Shown here: in pieces, positions 24,873 through 36,970 of the stretch
Numbering within the stretch: the stretch's first letter is position 1
Layout: each line of letters opens with the position of its first letter
Source of the DNA: Rebecca billardiae RCC1528
Lineage: Eukaryota; Protista; Haptophyta
DNA length: 64,000 nt
Reading direction: 5' to 3'
NCBI GenBank assembly: GCA_965240325.2
Contig: OZ251223.1
Coordinates: 4,340,001 to 4,404,000 of the forward strand
Translations under genes and position numbers: made by a program
The notes under the pieces: generated by a model
Databases searched by the model: none
What the model was told of the DNA's origin: nothing
Seen by the model: only the letters and a program-made list of their open reading frames with translations

Positions 24873-25510
24873 TCACACTGGCGAGTCAGCCGACTGCCAA
24901 GTGCTCGGCTCAGTGTGAACGGCGACGCAGCTGAGGCAGAGCGGCGCGCAATAAGATCCGACAGCCGGGCGGCGGCGCCGGGGGTGCACGCGAGCTCGCA
25001 CGCGCGTTGTGTGCGCAGCCGCGCTGCGCGCAGAGCAGCCACAGCGCCGCGCCCGACCACTTCGCGAGAAGCCGCTGCGCCGCGCGCGGCGGCAGCAGCG
25101 GCGCCTCCGCAGCGCGCCACGCCGCCGCCGCCGGCGCGCCTCGCCGCGGCCGCGGCGCGCGAGCGGCCTGCGGCTTGCGGCGGCGGCGGGCAGCGGCGGC
25201 TCGGCGAGCGCGCACAGCGCTCCCTCGAGCGAGTCCATAGCCGCGCGAGCGCGCCCGCACGGCCGAGCGCCGCCGCGTACGTCGGGTCACGCGCCGCGCG
25301 CCATCGCCCACGGCGGCCCGGCGGACGCCGTCACTCACGCCGGGCGCCGCCGTCCGCCACGAGGGCGCGGTGCGGTGGCGCACGCGGCGGGCTCGGCGGG
25401 GTCGACCGCGCAGTGCGCAATCACCTCGAGCAGCAGCTGCGCCACCTCGTACGCGCGCAGCGTCGGCGCGTCGGCGTGCGGCGCGTGGTGTGGCGCGGCA
25501 CGTGACGCCT
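24873..25510 (-). other. Possible gene fragment without a clear start
   Basis: Coding-like stretches (PTLRAYEVAQLLLEVIAHC; DSLEGALCAL; QRLLAKWSGAALWLLC) in different frames. Confidence 0.25.
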
Positions 25511-25578
25511 CGCACGGGGGTCCGATTTTAAAAGTGACGGTTCACGACTCGCAACTCGCGCTTATTATTATGATTTCA

Positions 25579-26423
25579 TATTGGGATTACCGCAAGCTCC
25601 GAGCGTCTCGAGCCCTGCTAAAAGCTCACCGCGCACGACAGGACGGACGCCACCGCGAGGATCACATGCCTCGCGATCTCATCAGCTCTCAAGCCTCTGA
25701 ACCTGGCCCTTATTTCCGGCGCTCTTGCGCCGGGCCAAAACAGCGATCGAGCTCCGATCGCTCCTGGGCTCGGGGCGGTAGTATCATCGCCGTGCCGACT
25801 TACCCAGATTTTGCCGCGATCAGCCAATCGGCGATCGCACCGTCCGTCCTGTTGCCGCTCAACTTTGTACCACTGCTTCTCGTCCATGTCCGGTGCTGCT
25901 CACCTGCTTTCCTTGGACAAATCCAGTGTACCAGCATGACGCCCGCGCTGCTCCGCGCTGCTCCGCGCTGCTCCGCGCTGCTCCGCGCTGCTCCGCGCTG
26001 CTCCGCGCTGCTCCGCGCTGCTCCGCGCTGCTCCGCGCTGCTCCGCGCGCTCCGCGCTGCTCCGCGCGCCCCGCGCTGCTCCGCGCTCCCGCGCCGCTGC
26101 GCCCGCGCTGCTCCGCGCCCGCGCCGCTGCGCCCGCGCTGCTCCGCGCTCGCGCGTCTGCTGCCGCGCGCGTCCTGGACGCGCGCGCTGCCAGCCACTGC
26201 TCCGCAGCAGCTGCTGCCGCCGGCCCGCCTGATGCGGCGCCAGCCCTGACACCCCAGCGGCAACGCCATCTGCTGAGATGCGTGCCCCAGACTGTGCCAG
26301 TTCATCCGCACTGCTGCTCTGCAGCAGCTGCGCCGCCGGTCTGCCTGCTGCAGCACCGGCCCTGACTCACCGCCGGCGACGCCATCTGCTGAGATGCGCG
26401 CCCCTGGCCTCGTCAGCTCAACA
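25579..26423 (-). repeat. 3' LTR, containing a 10-bp gctgctccgc tandem array
   Basis: No difference from 29539-30383 seen by eye; termini TGTTG...CAATA. Confidence 0.95.
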
Positions 26424-29400
26424 CCCCCCCTCGACAGCCATAGCCGCGAGCGAGTAGCGCCGCTCATCGCGCGCGCGTCGGGTGTCGCACACCATGATGG
26501 CGTCGACGTGCCACTCAAACGTAGCAGCGTCGTCCGTCGCCTTCGTCATGATGTCGGCGTGGTACATTGACCTCACGCCACGTACTCCGCCTCCGTCGAG
26601 CTCAGCTGGGCCATAACCTGCAGCCCGCTGCTGTGCCACGACACCGGCAATCCATTGTAGAAGACAATGATGCAGCCACCCGTCGACCTCCACCCGGATT
26701 CCCCTGGGTTGTTAGACCAAACAGAGTCACCCAAAGTGAGCAAGTCGTCGAGCTCGTCAATCTCCGCGCGCTGGACCAACGCCTTGTCCGCGTCGGTCAG
26801 CCTCGCGCGCGCCGCTGCCTCTGGCAGCCGTATCCGCGTGCTCGCGTTCGTGCCGAATCGCTCGAGCCCGCCATCGATCGCCTCTGCGACCCGCGGCAAC
26901 CCGCCCGCATCTGCGCGGCGGTCCCGCGCCAAAGTTGCGCCGGTGGTATCTCATACCACCAGTGCGACTGCGCCCATGGCGCGCCCGCACCGCCCCGATC
27001 GCCGGCCTGCGGCATCGGCGGCTGTGCGCCCGTGCGCCCGCGCTGCTGCGCCCGCGCTGACCCGCGCCCGCGCTGCTGCGCCCGCGCACCTGTGCTACGC
27101 GGCGACCCGCCAGCATCTGCTGCGGCCCCGCGCCGGGATTCCGTCGGCGGGATCCGACCCTGCCGACCCAGGCTGTGTCGCTGACGCGCCTGCTCCGCCA
27201 CGCCCGCCCTGCGGCGTCGGCGTCGACGGCTGTGCGCACGCGCTGCTGCGCCCGCGCGCTGTTCCGCGCCTGCGCTGCCGCGCCCGTGCGCTGTTCCGCA
27301 CCTGCGCTGCCGCGCCTGCGCGCTCCGCGCCCGCGCTGCTGCGCTCGCGCGCTGTTCCGCGCCCGCGCTGCTGCGCCCGCGCGCTGTTCCGCGCCCGCGC
27401 TGCCGCGCCCGCGCGCTGTTCCGCGTCCGCGCTGCCGCGCTCGCGCGCCGACGCCGACGCATCTGCGTCGCCGTCGTTCCTGACGTCGAACTCCGTCGCG
27501 TCGTCGTCACCGGCGTCGGCCGGCGGCTCGCCGCCGTCGCCGTCATCGTCCTGCGCCGCGCGGCGGCCCGCCAGCATCTGCTGCGGCCCCGCGCCGTGAT
27601 TCCGCCGGCGGTATCTGACCCTGCCGACCCGGCTGCGTCATCGACGCGCCTGTCCCGCCACGCCCGCCCTGCGGCGTCGGCGTCGACGGCTGTGCGCCCG
27701 CGCTGCTGCACCCGCGCTGTCCCGCGTCCACGCTGCTGCGCCCGCGCCCCGACGTTGACGCATCTGCGTCGTCGTCGTACCCGACGTCGAACTCTGTCGC
27801 GTCGTCATTCCCGGCGTCGGCTGGCTGCTCGCCGCCGTCGCCGTCATCCGCGCCCGCGCTGCTGCACCCGCGCTGTCCCGCGTCCACGCTGCTGCGCCCG
27901 CGCCCCGACGTTGACGCATCTGCGTCGTCGTCGTACCCGACGTCGAACTCTGTCGCGTCGTCATTCCCGGCGTCGGCTGGCTGCTCGCCGCCGTCGCCGT
28001 CCTCGTCCTCACCGTCGGCGTCACCGCCGACCGGACGATGTCCGCCGCTTACCGCGGCGCCGTCACCATCACCCACGTACGCGCCACCGTCAGGTGCGCC
28101 CAGCGACGAGTGCCCCCCCTCGACCAGGTCGGTCTCGTCGATGCGTACGTCACGCAAGTGAAGAGACGTCCGTCGTCTACACGACATACGTACCAGAGTA
28201 CGTTGAAGCCACGGAGCTGCTCCGCGCGCGGCGCGCGCTGATCGCCGCCGCCGCTGCCTCCTCCGCCCTCGCAGCCAGTCGGTATCTCTCCGCCGTCTTG
28301 GCCGCCGCCACGATCCCCGCCGTCGCCACCGCCGCCTGAGCCAGGCGATGAGCTTCGTGCGTGGACGTGTGGGTGCCGCCGCCACCACCGGGCGTACGAC
28401 CACCTGGTTCGGTGCGCCCAGCGCCGCCGAGCCACTGCCGCGCGCTGCTGCGCGCACACACGCCGCACCGGCGTCCTGCGCCGTGCGTGTGCTTCCACCG
28501 ACGCCTCAGCGTCGGGTCCCCACCTGCCGCCGAATGATCTCGGCCCGCAGCATGGAATCGAGCTGAACCTCCCGGCGTAGGCCGAGTGCCATGCACTGCC
28601 CCGCCGTCACCCCGCACTCGCGCCTTGCGCGCGCGCGGATACCGCGACTCAAAGATCGCGCCAGCGCCGCCGTCTCGGCGGCACTGCCAGCTGCGCCTCG
28701 CGTCAGCTGCAGACGTAGTCTCGGCGCCGCTGCGCCGCCCCGTCATGATCCCGCGCTCGCGCCTCGCGCGCGCGCGATTCCCGCGACTCAACAGTCGCGC
28801 CAGCGCCGCCATCTCGGTGCGGCACTGCCAGCTGCGCCTCGCGTCAGCTGCCGGCGTAGGACCAGTGCCAAGCACTGCCCGCCGCCGTAACAGCGCTCGT
28901 GTCGCCAGATTCCACCCGGACGATTCCGATAGATCCGGGTGTGCCAACCGCCGGACCTGTATCCAGTCCGGTCGTGCCAGCCGTGCCAGCCGGACCGCAA
29001 AACCCAGTCCAGCTGCCAGCCGCCATCCGGTGCCCTAGACCACCGGACAGGTTGATGAGCCAGCCCCTCCGAGTAGATCGCCGAGCCCGCCGTCGCCGCC
29101 GTCAGCTGCCGTGCAGCCACCCGGCGCTCGGGGTGCGTGCTCGCGCCGATCGTGCCAGTAGCGCTGCTCAGTCATCCGCCGCTGCACGCAGTAGTTCTCC
29201 TGCACCAGCTGCATCCGCTCAGATCCAATCGTGAGCTTCCGGGAGGCTGTCGTGTCGGGCTCATCACCGACAGGTACTGTTCCTCCCAATCGACGCGAAG
29301 TTCCGCGTCCGGGCCATGCGCGGAGATGATGCCGATGATCCCTGGCATCGTAGCGCCATGCCCCATCGAGAGCGTCGCCAGTTTGCCCGCGCTCTCGGCC

Positions 29401-29538
29401 AGGAACCTCTGCTGCATTCCATGCGACGCCAGAGTTCCTCGTTCCGCCCATCCTGCAACCGCGGCCGCTCGTGCCCATCAGCCCAATCGATGAGAAAGGA
29501 CAGTGCGGACAACTCCCTCCCTGGGGTTGCTGCGCGCA

Positions 29539-30383
29539 TATTGGGATTACCGCAAGCTCCGAGCGTCTCGAGCCCTGCTAAAAGCTCACCGCGCACGACA
29601 GGACGGACGCCACCGCGAGGATCACATGCCTCGCGATCTCATCAGCTCTCAAGCCTCTGAACCTGGCCCTTATTTCCGGCGCTCTTGCGCCGGGCCAAAA
29701 CAGCGATCGAGCTCCGATCGCTCCTGGGCTCGGGGCGGTAGTATCATCGCCGTGCCGACTTACCCAGATTTTGCCGCGATCAGCCAATCGGCGATCGCAC
29801 CGTCCGTCCTGTTGCCGCTCAACTTTGTACCACTGCTTCTCGTCCATGTCCGGTGCTGCTCACCTGCTTTCCTTGGACAAATCCAGTGTACCAGCATGAC
29901 GCCCGCGCTGCTCCGCGCTGCTCCGCGCTGCTCCGCGCTGCTCCGCGCTGCTCCGCGCTGCTCCGCGCTGCTCCGCGCTGCTCCGCGCTGCTCCGCGCTG
30001 CTCCGCGCGCTCCGCGCTGCTCCGCGCGCCCCGCGCTGCTCCGCGCTCCCGCGCCGCTGCGCCCGCGCTGCTCCGCGCCCGCGCCGCTGCGCCCGCGCTG
30101 CTCCGCGCTCGCGCGTCTGCTGCCGCGCGCGTCCTGGACGCGCGCGCTGCCAGCCACTGCTCCGCAGCAGCTGCTGCCGCCGGCCCGCCTGATGCGGCGC
30201 CAGCCCTGACACCCCAGCGGCAACGCCATCTGCTGAGATGCGTGCCCCAGACTGTGCCAGTTCATCCGCACTGCTGCTCTGCAGCAGCTGCGCCGCCGGT
30301 CTGCCTGCTGCAGCACCGGCCCTGACTCACCGCCGGCGACGCCATCTGCTGAGATGCGCGCCCCTGGCCTCGTCAGCTCAACA
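29539..30383 (-). repeat. 5' LTR
   Basis: Direct repeat of 25579-26423. Confidence 0.95.
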
Positions 30384-31617
30384 TTTCAGGCTGCTCACAA
30401 TAATCACATCACGCGGGTGATCACTAATCACCTTTACAATTTACAGGTGATTAACAAGCCAGTTGGAGACCACGCTGATTGGCTTTGTGAATCGGATCTC
30501 GATATCAAGAAGCCAGGCTTCTTGATTCTGTTCACCGATGAATTGTCCTATGACTACTCATGCTGAATATGGGCATGAGAATCTTGGGTTAAAACCGCAA
30601 AATTTGGGTTTCCCCTTTCAAGCTGTCCAGGACGTGACATACTCGTTTTCAGAGAGCTGTTAATCCTCGCAGATAGAGGTACGTCGAATGCCACCCACAT
30701 TAGGCCAAGAAGGCCAGGGCGCGCGGGAACGTCGATTCAAGCTACCCGCGCAATACCACTATCGCGTCGCTTTGATGAATCTGAGGAGTGAACAGCTATC
30801 CAGAGAATTAGTTCGATATCTCACCTTTAATTTTTATGGTCAGTTCAACACACGAATCTTGACTGCTATCAGAATGGTAGCTAGATGACTTCGTCCTATT
30901 TGACTCCGATTTCTTCTATTACTTACTATCCAAGGATTAAGGAGCAGTACAAACGCAATCATGAGCAGCGAAATGGACTCAAATGCTGCGGTTTCACACC
31001 TAAATCCACCTACGACAAAAATCCCCCAAATCCTGCGCGCATCCTCTTTTGATTTTGCGGAGCACGTGCGCCGCCCCCCCCCGGCTTTCGCTCACGCTCA
31101 GACCTTTCGGGGGGGCCGTGCGCCATGATGATGATGATGATGATGATGACGACGATGGATATCGTCGTCGCTCACTGACACTCGCTGAGTGAGCCCGTTG
31201 AAGATTGAGTCTCTACCGTAGTGAGGTGCCAGTCGCTGTGTTACCACTGTCCGGCGGTCGCTCGGACTCGCAATCGCATCCGGGCGGCCGGCCCAGCCCG
31301 GCCCGTATTGACCTTATTCGGCGGCGCCGTCGCGTCCGCACCGCGCCGTCCCGGGCGTCGTCCGCGCCGGCGGGGCGCGCCGTCCCGGGCCGAAGGCCGA
31401 TGGCGCCTCCGTCAGGGCGTCCGGGCAGGGCGGCAGGCTGTGAGTCCGAGGGCGGCAGTCAGGCGGCTGTGAGTGTGAAGTGTGAACCGGAATTGCAGCA
31501 CGACTGTAGTGAGCAGCGCTGCCTGTTGCGGATGTCGTTAATTAATCATCTCGGACTACCGAGTACTCGGACGTAGCCTACTGCTATACTAGACACTCAC
31601 GTAGTTCAATGCTCTTA

Positions 31618-31700
31618 CTCATTCTATGATTTATAAACGACACAGGTAGGACGACGCGGGTCTTCTGATTCGTCGGCGGCAGTGCCCGATCGTCGACACT
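31618..31700. repeat. Dispersed repeat family D (also ~39377-39527, ~49879-49970, 50398-50478 plus 51090-51180)
   Basis: Shared attctat...aacgacacaggtaggacgacgcgggtct(c/t)ctgattcgtcggcggcagtgcccgatcgtcgacac core. Confidence 0.85.
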
Positions 31701-32038
31701 GCTAACTGCTTATTATTATATATATTATAAATAAGTTATTATTATAATAAAGTTCCGTATATTGTTCGTAGGCGCGAGTCAGCGACAGCATCCGAAGCGG
31801 CTGCGTCGTCGTCCGTCTCAACGACGACAATATACAACGTCGTGATGAACTCGCGCCAGAACGGACGATGCCAATAACGGTCTGTGAAGTCAGAAGTGTG
31901 TTAATTAACGGCGGACACGGTCACGATACGGACTCCGTCACGGTCACTCACGGTGGCCGAGTCCGGGATGACGACGAGGCGCCCGCGCCATCACCGGGGA
32001 TGGGGCCCGGGAGTCTGTTCGCTCATCGCCTGGCACGG

Positions 32039-32542
32039 CTAGCTTGGGATCGGCGGTGAGGTCCGAGCGGCAGCAATGTCGACAAGCTCGACCCCGCCAC
32101 TATCGGCGTAACCTAACGGTTGCCGCGGCGGTGATGACACATCATCATCAGCTCGCGGCGCGTGTGCGTGGTTGTCATCGCCAGCTCTGGCGGTGATGTC
32201 GCTGATGATGTTGCTGTAGTAGCGCTCGATGTCCTCATTGTCAGCATCGTCGTCACCTAGCCGCGTGGGCTGCTCGCGCACGCGCGCGCTTGCTCTCCTA
32301 CACCACTGCGCGCATGCCAGCAAGACGACGATGCACACGATGGCGAGCAGGCTGGCACAGAGGAAGATCGCCAGCGTGCGCATGCGCTCGCTCGGCGGCC
32401 GATTGCGTCCCCTTTGCCGATCGGTGAAGCTCAGCGCTGGTCTCTCGGAAGGGCCGTCTGCTGCTGCCAGCGCCGCTGCTGCGACGGGGATGAGCATGCG
32501 CAGCGTTCGTCGAGACATCGTGGACGGCGGAGGCGCCGCCAT
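32039..32542 (-). CDS. Small single-pass membrane protein, hypothetical
   Basis: Signal-like LIPVAAAALAAA, TM LAIFLCASLLAIVCIVVLLAC, acidic tail. Confidence 0.55.
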   Translation of the reverse strand: MAAPPPSTMSRRTLRMLIPVAAAALAAADGPSERPALSFTDRQRGRNRPPSERMRTLAIFLCASLLAIVCIVVLLACAQWCRRASARVREQPTRLGDDDADNEDIERYYSNIISDITARAGDDNHAHAPRADDDVSSPPRQPLGYADSGGVELVDIAAARTSPPIPS

Positions 32543-32593
32543 TGTTTTTCAGACGGATTGTCCAAGACAGTCAACGGCGAGTCAGGACTCAGG

Positions 32594-32906
32594 ATGAGGC
32601 GCTCTGCACCAACACCTCGCTGCAGGAGCTCATGCTGGGCTCCAACAAGCTGACGGACGTCTCCGGCACAGCGCTGGCGGAGGCGCTTCGCACCAACACC
32701 TCGCTGCAGACGCTTTGGCTGGAGGACACCAGCTGACGGGACATCTCCGGCAAGCTGCTGGCGGAAATAACGCTCTGCACCAACACCAAGCTGCGGCTGC
32801 TGCCTCGAGCTGGGGGGCCAACCAGCTGAGCGATGCTCAGGAAGATGCCATCATCCAACAGGCCTGGACAGGCAGTGGCCGTGGCTACGGGGGCCTCGGC
32901 ATCTAG
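32594..32906 (+). pseudogene. Frameshifted RNI/NLRC3-like LRR gene 3' fragment
   Basis: EALCTNTSLQELMLGSNKLTDVSGTALAEALRTNTSLQTLWL, then frameshifted repeats ending LSDAQEDAIIQQAW; no ATG. Confidence 0.75.
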
Positions 32907-33308
32907 GGAGGCCTGGGGGATGGCGCGCGTTGGGCAGTGTTGGTGTGCCCCGGCTCCCGGCGTCCACTGGCTCCGCACTGGCGCCGGTGCCAGCCGGCAG
33001 CCGCCGCGTCGGGCCGACCGCGCCCGTCGCGGGTGGGCCGGGGCGGTGGCCGGGCTGGCGGGGCTGGGCTCGCGGCCGAGACGGGCCGCCCCTGGGCCTG
33101 ATCCGGCCCCAGCCTGTGCTGTGTCAGTGTGTGCACGCGGCGTAGTAGTCATCACTAGCTATATCGTCATCAGCATCATTGCTGCATGGTGCGACTGGCG
33201 GACGGCCGGGTTTCCCGGGCGGTGCGCGCACGCACGCGCGTCATTAACTGCTCATTCGCGACGATGACGTCGACTGCCGCACCGTCAGTCACAGACAGTG
33301 GCGTCACA

Positions 33309-34070
33309 CTACTCGTCAGAGTCCGAAAGGGACTCGCGTGCAGCCACGAAGTACTGTACCATCGAGAGCGTCGAGAGCGCGGTGGAGAGCGCAAGCAGGG
33401 GCGGCGCGACCTGCGTCGCAAGGGCGTGCACCGCCGGACGAGCCTCGAGGGCAGGCGTGGCGAAGAGCAGCCAGATGGCGACGAGCTGGCTGGCCGTCTT
33501 GCACTTGCCCAGCAGGCCCACGCGCACTTTGTCACGCTGCCCGCTCTGCGCCATCCACTCGCGCAGGGCGGACACGGCGATTTCGCGCGCCACGGCGACG
33601 AGCGCGCAGCTCACGACCAGCGCGGACGCGCCCGTCGCCACGAGCAGCACGAGGCACGTGCAGACGAGCAGCTTGTCCGTGACCGGGTCGAGGAACGCGC
33701 CAAACCGGCTGCACGCGTCCAGCCGGCGGGCGAGGTAGCCGTCGAGGCCGTCCGTGAGTGTGGCGACGCCGAAGAGGGAGGCGCAAACCACGCTGCGTGA
33801 TGGGCTCGGCGAGAGCCAGATCGCGCAGATCGCGGGGATGAAGCCGATCCTCGAGAGCGAGAGCGCGTTCGGGATCTGTCGGACGAGGCGCCGCTGCTTG
33901 GCGCTGGGCGGCTCAGCGCAGAGCCGCGGCAGCTCGGTGCAGGGTGGCCGTACTGGCCGGCGCAGCTCCCAGCCCGGGCGCTGCACATGCGCGCCGACGT
34001 GAGCCCTCGGGCCCAGGGCACATGTGCCAAGAGCTGTGAGGTGCACCGCTGCGAATAGCGCCGCCGCCAT
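33309..34070 (-). CDS. pgsA: CDP-diacylglycerol--glycerol-3-phosphate 3-phosphatidyltransferase, CDP-alcohol (bacterial/plastid) type
   Basis: IPNALSLSRI; DGLDGYLARR...FGAFLDPVTDK; REIAVSALREWMA; GKCKTASQ; bipartite targeting-like N-terminus. Confidence 0.92.
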   Translation of the reverse strand: MAAALFAAVHLTALGTCALGPRAHVGAHVQRPGWELRRPVRPPCTELPRLCAEPPSAKQRRLVRQIPNALSLSRIGFIPAICAIWLSPSPSRSVVCASLFGVATLTDGLDGYLARRLDACSRFGAFLDPVTDKLLVCTCLVLLVATGASALVVSCALVAVAREIAVSALREWMAQSGQRDKVRVGLLGKCKTASQLVAIWLLFATPALEARPAVHALATQVAPPLLALSTALSTLSMVQYFVAARESLSDSDE

Positions 34071-34308
34071 CCTCGCCCCGACGCGGATTTATTTGATGAG
34101 ATTTTCTCGGGCTCAGTGGCAATAGTTAGCAGGCGGAATAAACTATTGCCGCGCGGAGCAATCTGCAATGGAGCTGCTGATATTGCCGGCAGTGGTGACT
34201 CGTGCAGTGGCCCGAGAAGGACGTCTGGCAACCGCTGCGGCCCGGCGGCCTGAGCGGCCGAGCCCTCGAACTGGGCGGAGGCTGAGCCATCAGACGCATC
34301 AGTGCTCC

Positions 34309-35943
34309 TCAGAGGAAGGAGGCGAGCACGGTGCGCGTGAGCCAGCGGAAGAGGCCGCTCCCCGCGCTGCTCGCGCGCACCTCGGCCGCGTCGGGCGCGC
34401 ACGGCGGCGCGCGCTCGCGCAGCCGGCGCAGCTCCTCGCCGAGCGCGGCGCGCAGCGGGGCGTGCGCCGTGAGCAGCACCGCCCCCGCCTCCAGGTCGCG
34501 CTCCGCCGAGCGCGCGCCGTGGTTGGACGAGCCGAGCACCGTCAGCACCGGGCCCGGACAGCCCGCTGCCGCGCGCGCCGACGCGCACGCGCCGACGCGG
34601 CGCGCCGACGCGGCGGGCGGCTCCGGGTGCGCGGGCGCGTACCACAGCCCCTTGGCGTGGTACGTCCAGCCCTCGCGCGCCCACAGCCGCAGCCGCGCGC
34701 GCCCCTGCGCCGCGTACGGCGCGAGGGCGCGCAGCGCGCCCGCCTCGAGCGCCGCATACGCCGCGGGCACCCAGCCGGCGGGCGGCGCTGCGCCGTGGAA
34801 GCCATTGGCGGCCGAGGCGGCGGTGATGAGCTCGAGGCGCAGCGCGGGGCTCTCGCCCAGCGCGTCGCGCAGCGCGCGCAGCAGCCGGGGCGTCGGGTTG
34901 AGGTACGCCGAGGCGAGGGTGAGCGTGCCGCCGCCGCCGCCGCCGCCGCCGCCTCGCGGCGCGAGCGCGCGCGGCGCGGGCTGCGGCCCGCGCGCGCGCG
35001 GAGGCGGCGCGGGCGGCGCCGCGCCGCGCGCGGCGAGGGCGACGGCGGCGTCGACGGCCACCTCGTCGTCGCGCAGCCCCGCCGCGCCGAGCTGCACGGT
35101 GGGCACCAGCCACGTGTCCGCGTCGGGCCGCGCGCGCGCCGCGGCCGGCGCGGCCGCGCACTCGGCGAGCGCCGCGCGCATGCGCTCGGCCACGGCGGCG
35201 GCGGCGGCCGCCGCCGACGCCTCGCCCGGTGGCGGCGCGTGGCGTGGCGCGCGGGCTCGGAGGCCGAGCGCCTCCACCGCCGCGTCGCGCACCTCCGCGA
35301 CCTCGCCTCCCCCGCCCGCGCGGCGCGCCTCCGCCCCGGGCCTCGCCAGCGTGAGCGAGCACTCGGCGAGCGCGTCCACGATGGCGCTGAACGCGTCCGC
35401 GGCGGCGGGCTCTGCGCGGATGAGGAGGTAGCGGTCCTGCCGGCTGGTGAAGTAGTCGCGCGAGAGGTTGGCGCCGGAGAGGAGGAGGTCGTCGTCGAAG
35501 ACGAACGCCTTCACGTGCTGCACGCCCACCACCTCGTTCAGCCGCGCGGGCAGCGCCGCCGCCGCGCCGCGCAGCCGCGGGTGGTGCAACAGACCGACCG
35601 TGGGCGGCGCGCGGCCGGCGCGCGCGCCGAGCACGAGCGGCGCGAGCGAGCTGAGCGAGCTGCGGCCGTCGCGGTCGCGGCGGGTGGCGCGCATGCGGTC
35701 GAGCACGACGGTCAGGTCGACGCCCTCGCGCGCGCGCTCGCCCAGCGCGCTGACGAGCGCGGCCTCGTGCGCGCCCGTGCCGATGTAGAGCGCCGCCACG
35801 CGCACGCGCGAGCGCGCGCGCTCGATGCCGGCGAGCAGCGCGTCGTAGAAGCACGACGGCGTGTGCAGCACGCTCACGCTCGCGCCGGCGAGGGCGATCG
35901 GCGGGTGCGGCAGCGAGTGCGCGATGCGCGCCGCGGCGTGCAT
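34309..35943 (-). CDS. PGS1: Phosphatidylglycerophosphate synthase, PLD-superfamily (mitochondrial) type
   Basis: ALYIG; GVQHVKAFVFDD...SGANLSRDYFTSRQDRY; ANGF; GWTYHAKGLW; GSSNHGARSAERDLE. Confidence 0.93.
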   Translation of the reverse strand: MHAAARIAHSLPHPPIALAGASVSVLHTPSCFYDALLAGIERARSRVRVAALYIGTGAHEAALVSALGERAREGVDLTVVLDRMRATRRDRDGRSSLSSLAPLVLGARAGRAPPTVGLLHHPRLRGAAAALPARLNEVVGVQHVKAFVFDDDLLLSGANLSRDYFTSRQDRYLLIRAEPAAADAFSAIVDALAECSLTLARPGAEARRAGGGGEVAEVRDAAVEALGLRARAPRHAPPPGEASAAAAAAAVAERMRAALAECAAAPAAARARPDADTWLVPTVQLGAAGLRDDEVAVDAAVALAARGAAPPAPPPRARGPQPAPRALAPRGGGGGGGGGTLTLASAYLNPTPRLLRALRDALGESPALRLELITAASAANGFHGAAPPAGWVPAAYAALEAGALRALAPYAAQGRARLRLWAREGWTYHAKGLWYAPAHPEPPAASARRVGACASARAAAGCPGPVLTVLGSSNHGARSAERDLEAGAVLLTAHAPLRAALGEELRRLRERAPPCAPDAAEVRASSAGSGLFRWLTRTVLASFL

Positions 35944-36077
35944 TGGACGAGCACACGATCAAGGTGGTTCACGCCCCGCCGGCAGCCATCGTGCAGCCGT
36001 GGCTGCGACTGCTGTGAGCACAGGCCACGGTGAGCGCGCTGGTGGCGACCGGGCCGCCGTTGCGCCGCCCGGGGGCG

Positions 36078-36933
36078 ATGTCGCTCTTCAAGGCGCGCGA
36101 GTGGTGGGTGGCGACGACGGGCTCGGAGGAGGAGTTCGCGCCGAACGCGTTCTGCGTCGCGGACATTGACAACCAGGGTGGCTGTGCGCGCGGCGCGCGC
36201 GCGCCCTGCGCGCGCGCGCGCCGGCTCAGCGGCGCTCGGTGCGCAGCCGCGCTCGCGTGAGCCGCGCGCCGCGCTCACGCATCGCGCACGCATCGTGCGC
36301 GCGCTCGCGCGCGCTCGCGCGGCGGCGCGTCCGGGCGTGCGCGCGCAGCCAAGGTGGTGACGGGCTCGCTCACCGGGCTGCTGCGCATCTACATGCCGCG
36401 CCAGCGCGACTACGCCGTCGACGACCTGCTGCTCGAGCAGCAGCTCGATGCGCCCGTGCTGCAGCTGTGCGCGGGCGCGTTCAGCCCGGGGAGCGAGGGG
36501 CTGGCGCTGGCGGTGCTGCACCCGCGCAAGCTGGGCGTGTACGAGGTGCACCCCGCCGGCGCGGGCGGCTCGTACCACACCCTCTCGCGCGTGTTTGAGC
36601 ACGCGCTCGACCGCAACGCGTTCAACATGGCGCACGGCCGGTTCGGCGCGTCGTCCGCGGCGGGGTCGGGGCGCGCGACGGAGTACCTGTGCGTGCAGTC
36701 GATCGACGGGACGGTGACGGTCTTCGAGGCGGAGGCGGCCGCGTACTCGCGCTCGCTCGCCAAGTTCCTCGTGCCGGGGCCGTGGGCGTACGCGCCCAAG
36801 CTGGACGCCTTCATCACCGCCAACGCCGCGCTCGAGGTGGACTGCTTCAGGCACTCGACGCTCACGCTCGCGCAGCCGGCGGGGGCGGGGGCGGACGGCG
36901 CGGGCGGCGGCGGGGGCGCCGGCGGCGGCGCTA

Positions 36934-36970
<37 letters not shown>

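Larger units (their letters stand above)
25579..30383 (-). mobile_element. Ty1/copia-derived non-autonomous LTR retrotransposon, 4805 bp
   Basis: 845-bp LTRs; 5-bp TSD TTTCA (25574-25578 and 30384-30388); PPT GAGGGGGGG (26424-26432); RNase H remnants (RSTGG...PVSW...LSSTEAEYVA; ADIMTKA); integrase-tail remnant RDVRIDE. Confidence 0.95.

Noticed and set aside
25940-26150. CRISPR-like array
   Set aside because: Spacer-less 10-bp tandem repeat inside an LTR; eukaryotic context and no cas genes.
25513-31120. CACGG...CCGTG element with CG flanks enclosing the LTR element
   Set aside because: Only a 5-bp terminal match; plausible given the AT-rich interior but not supportable.
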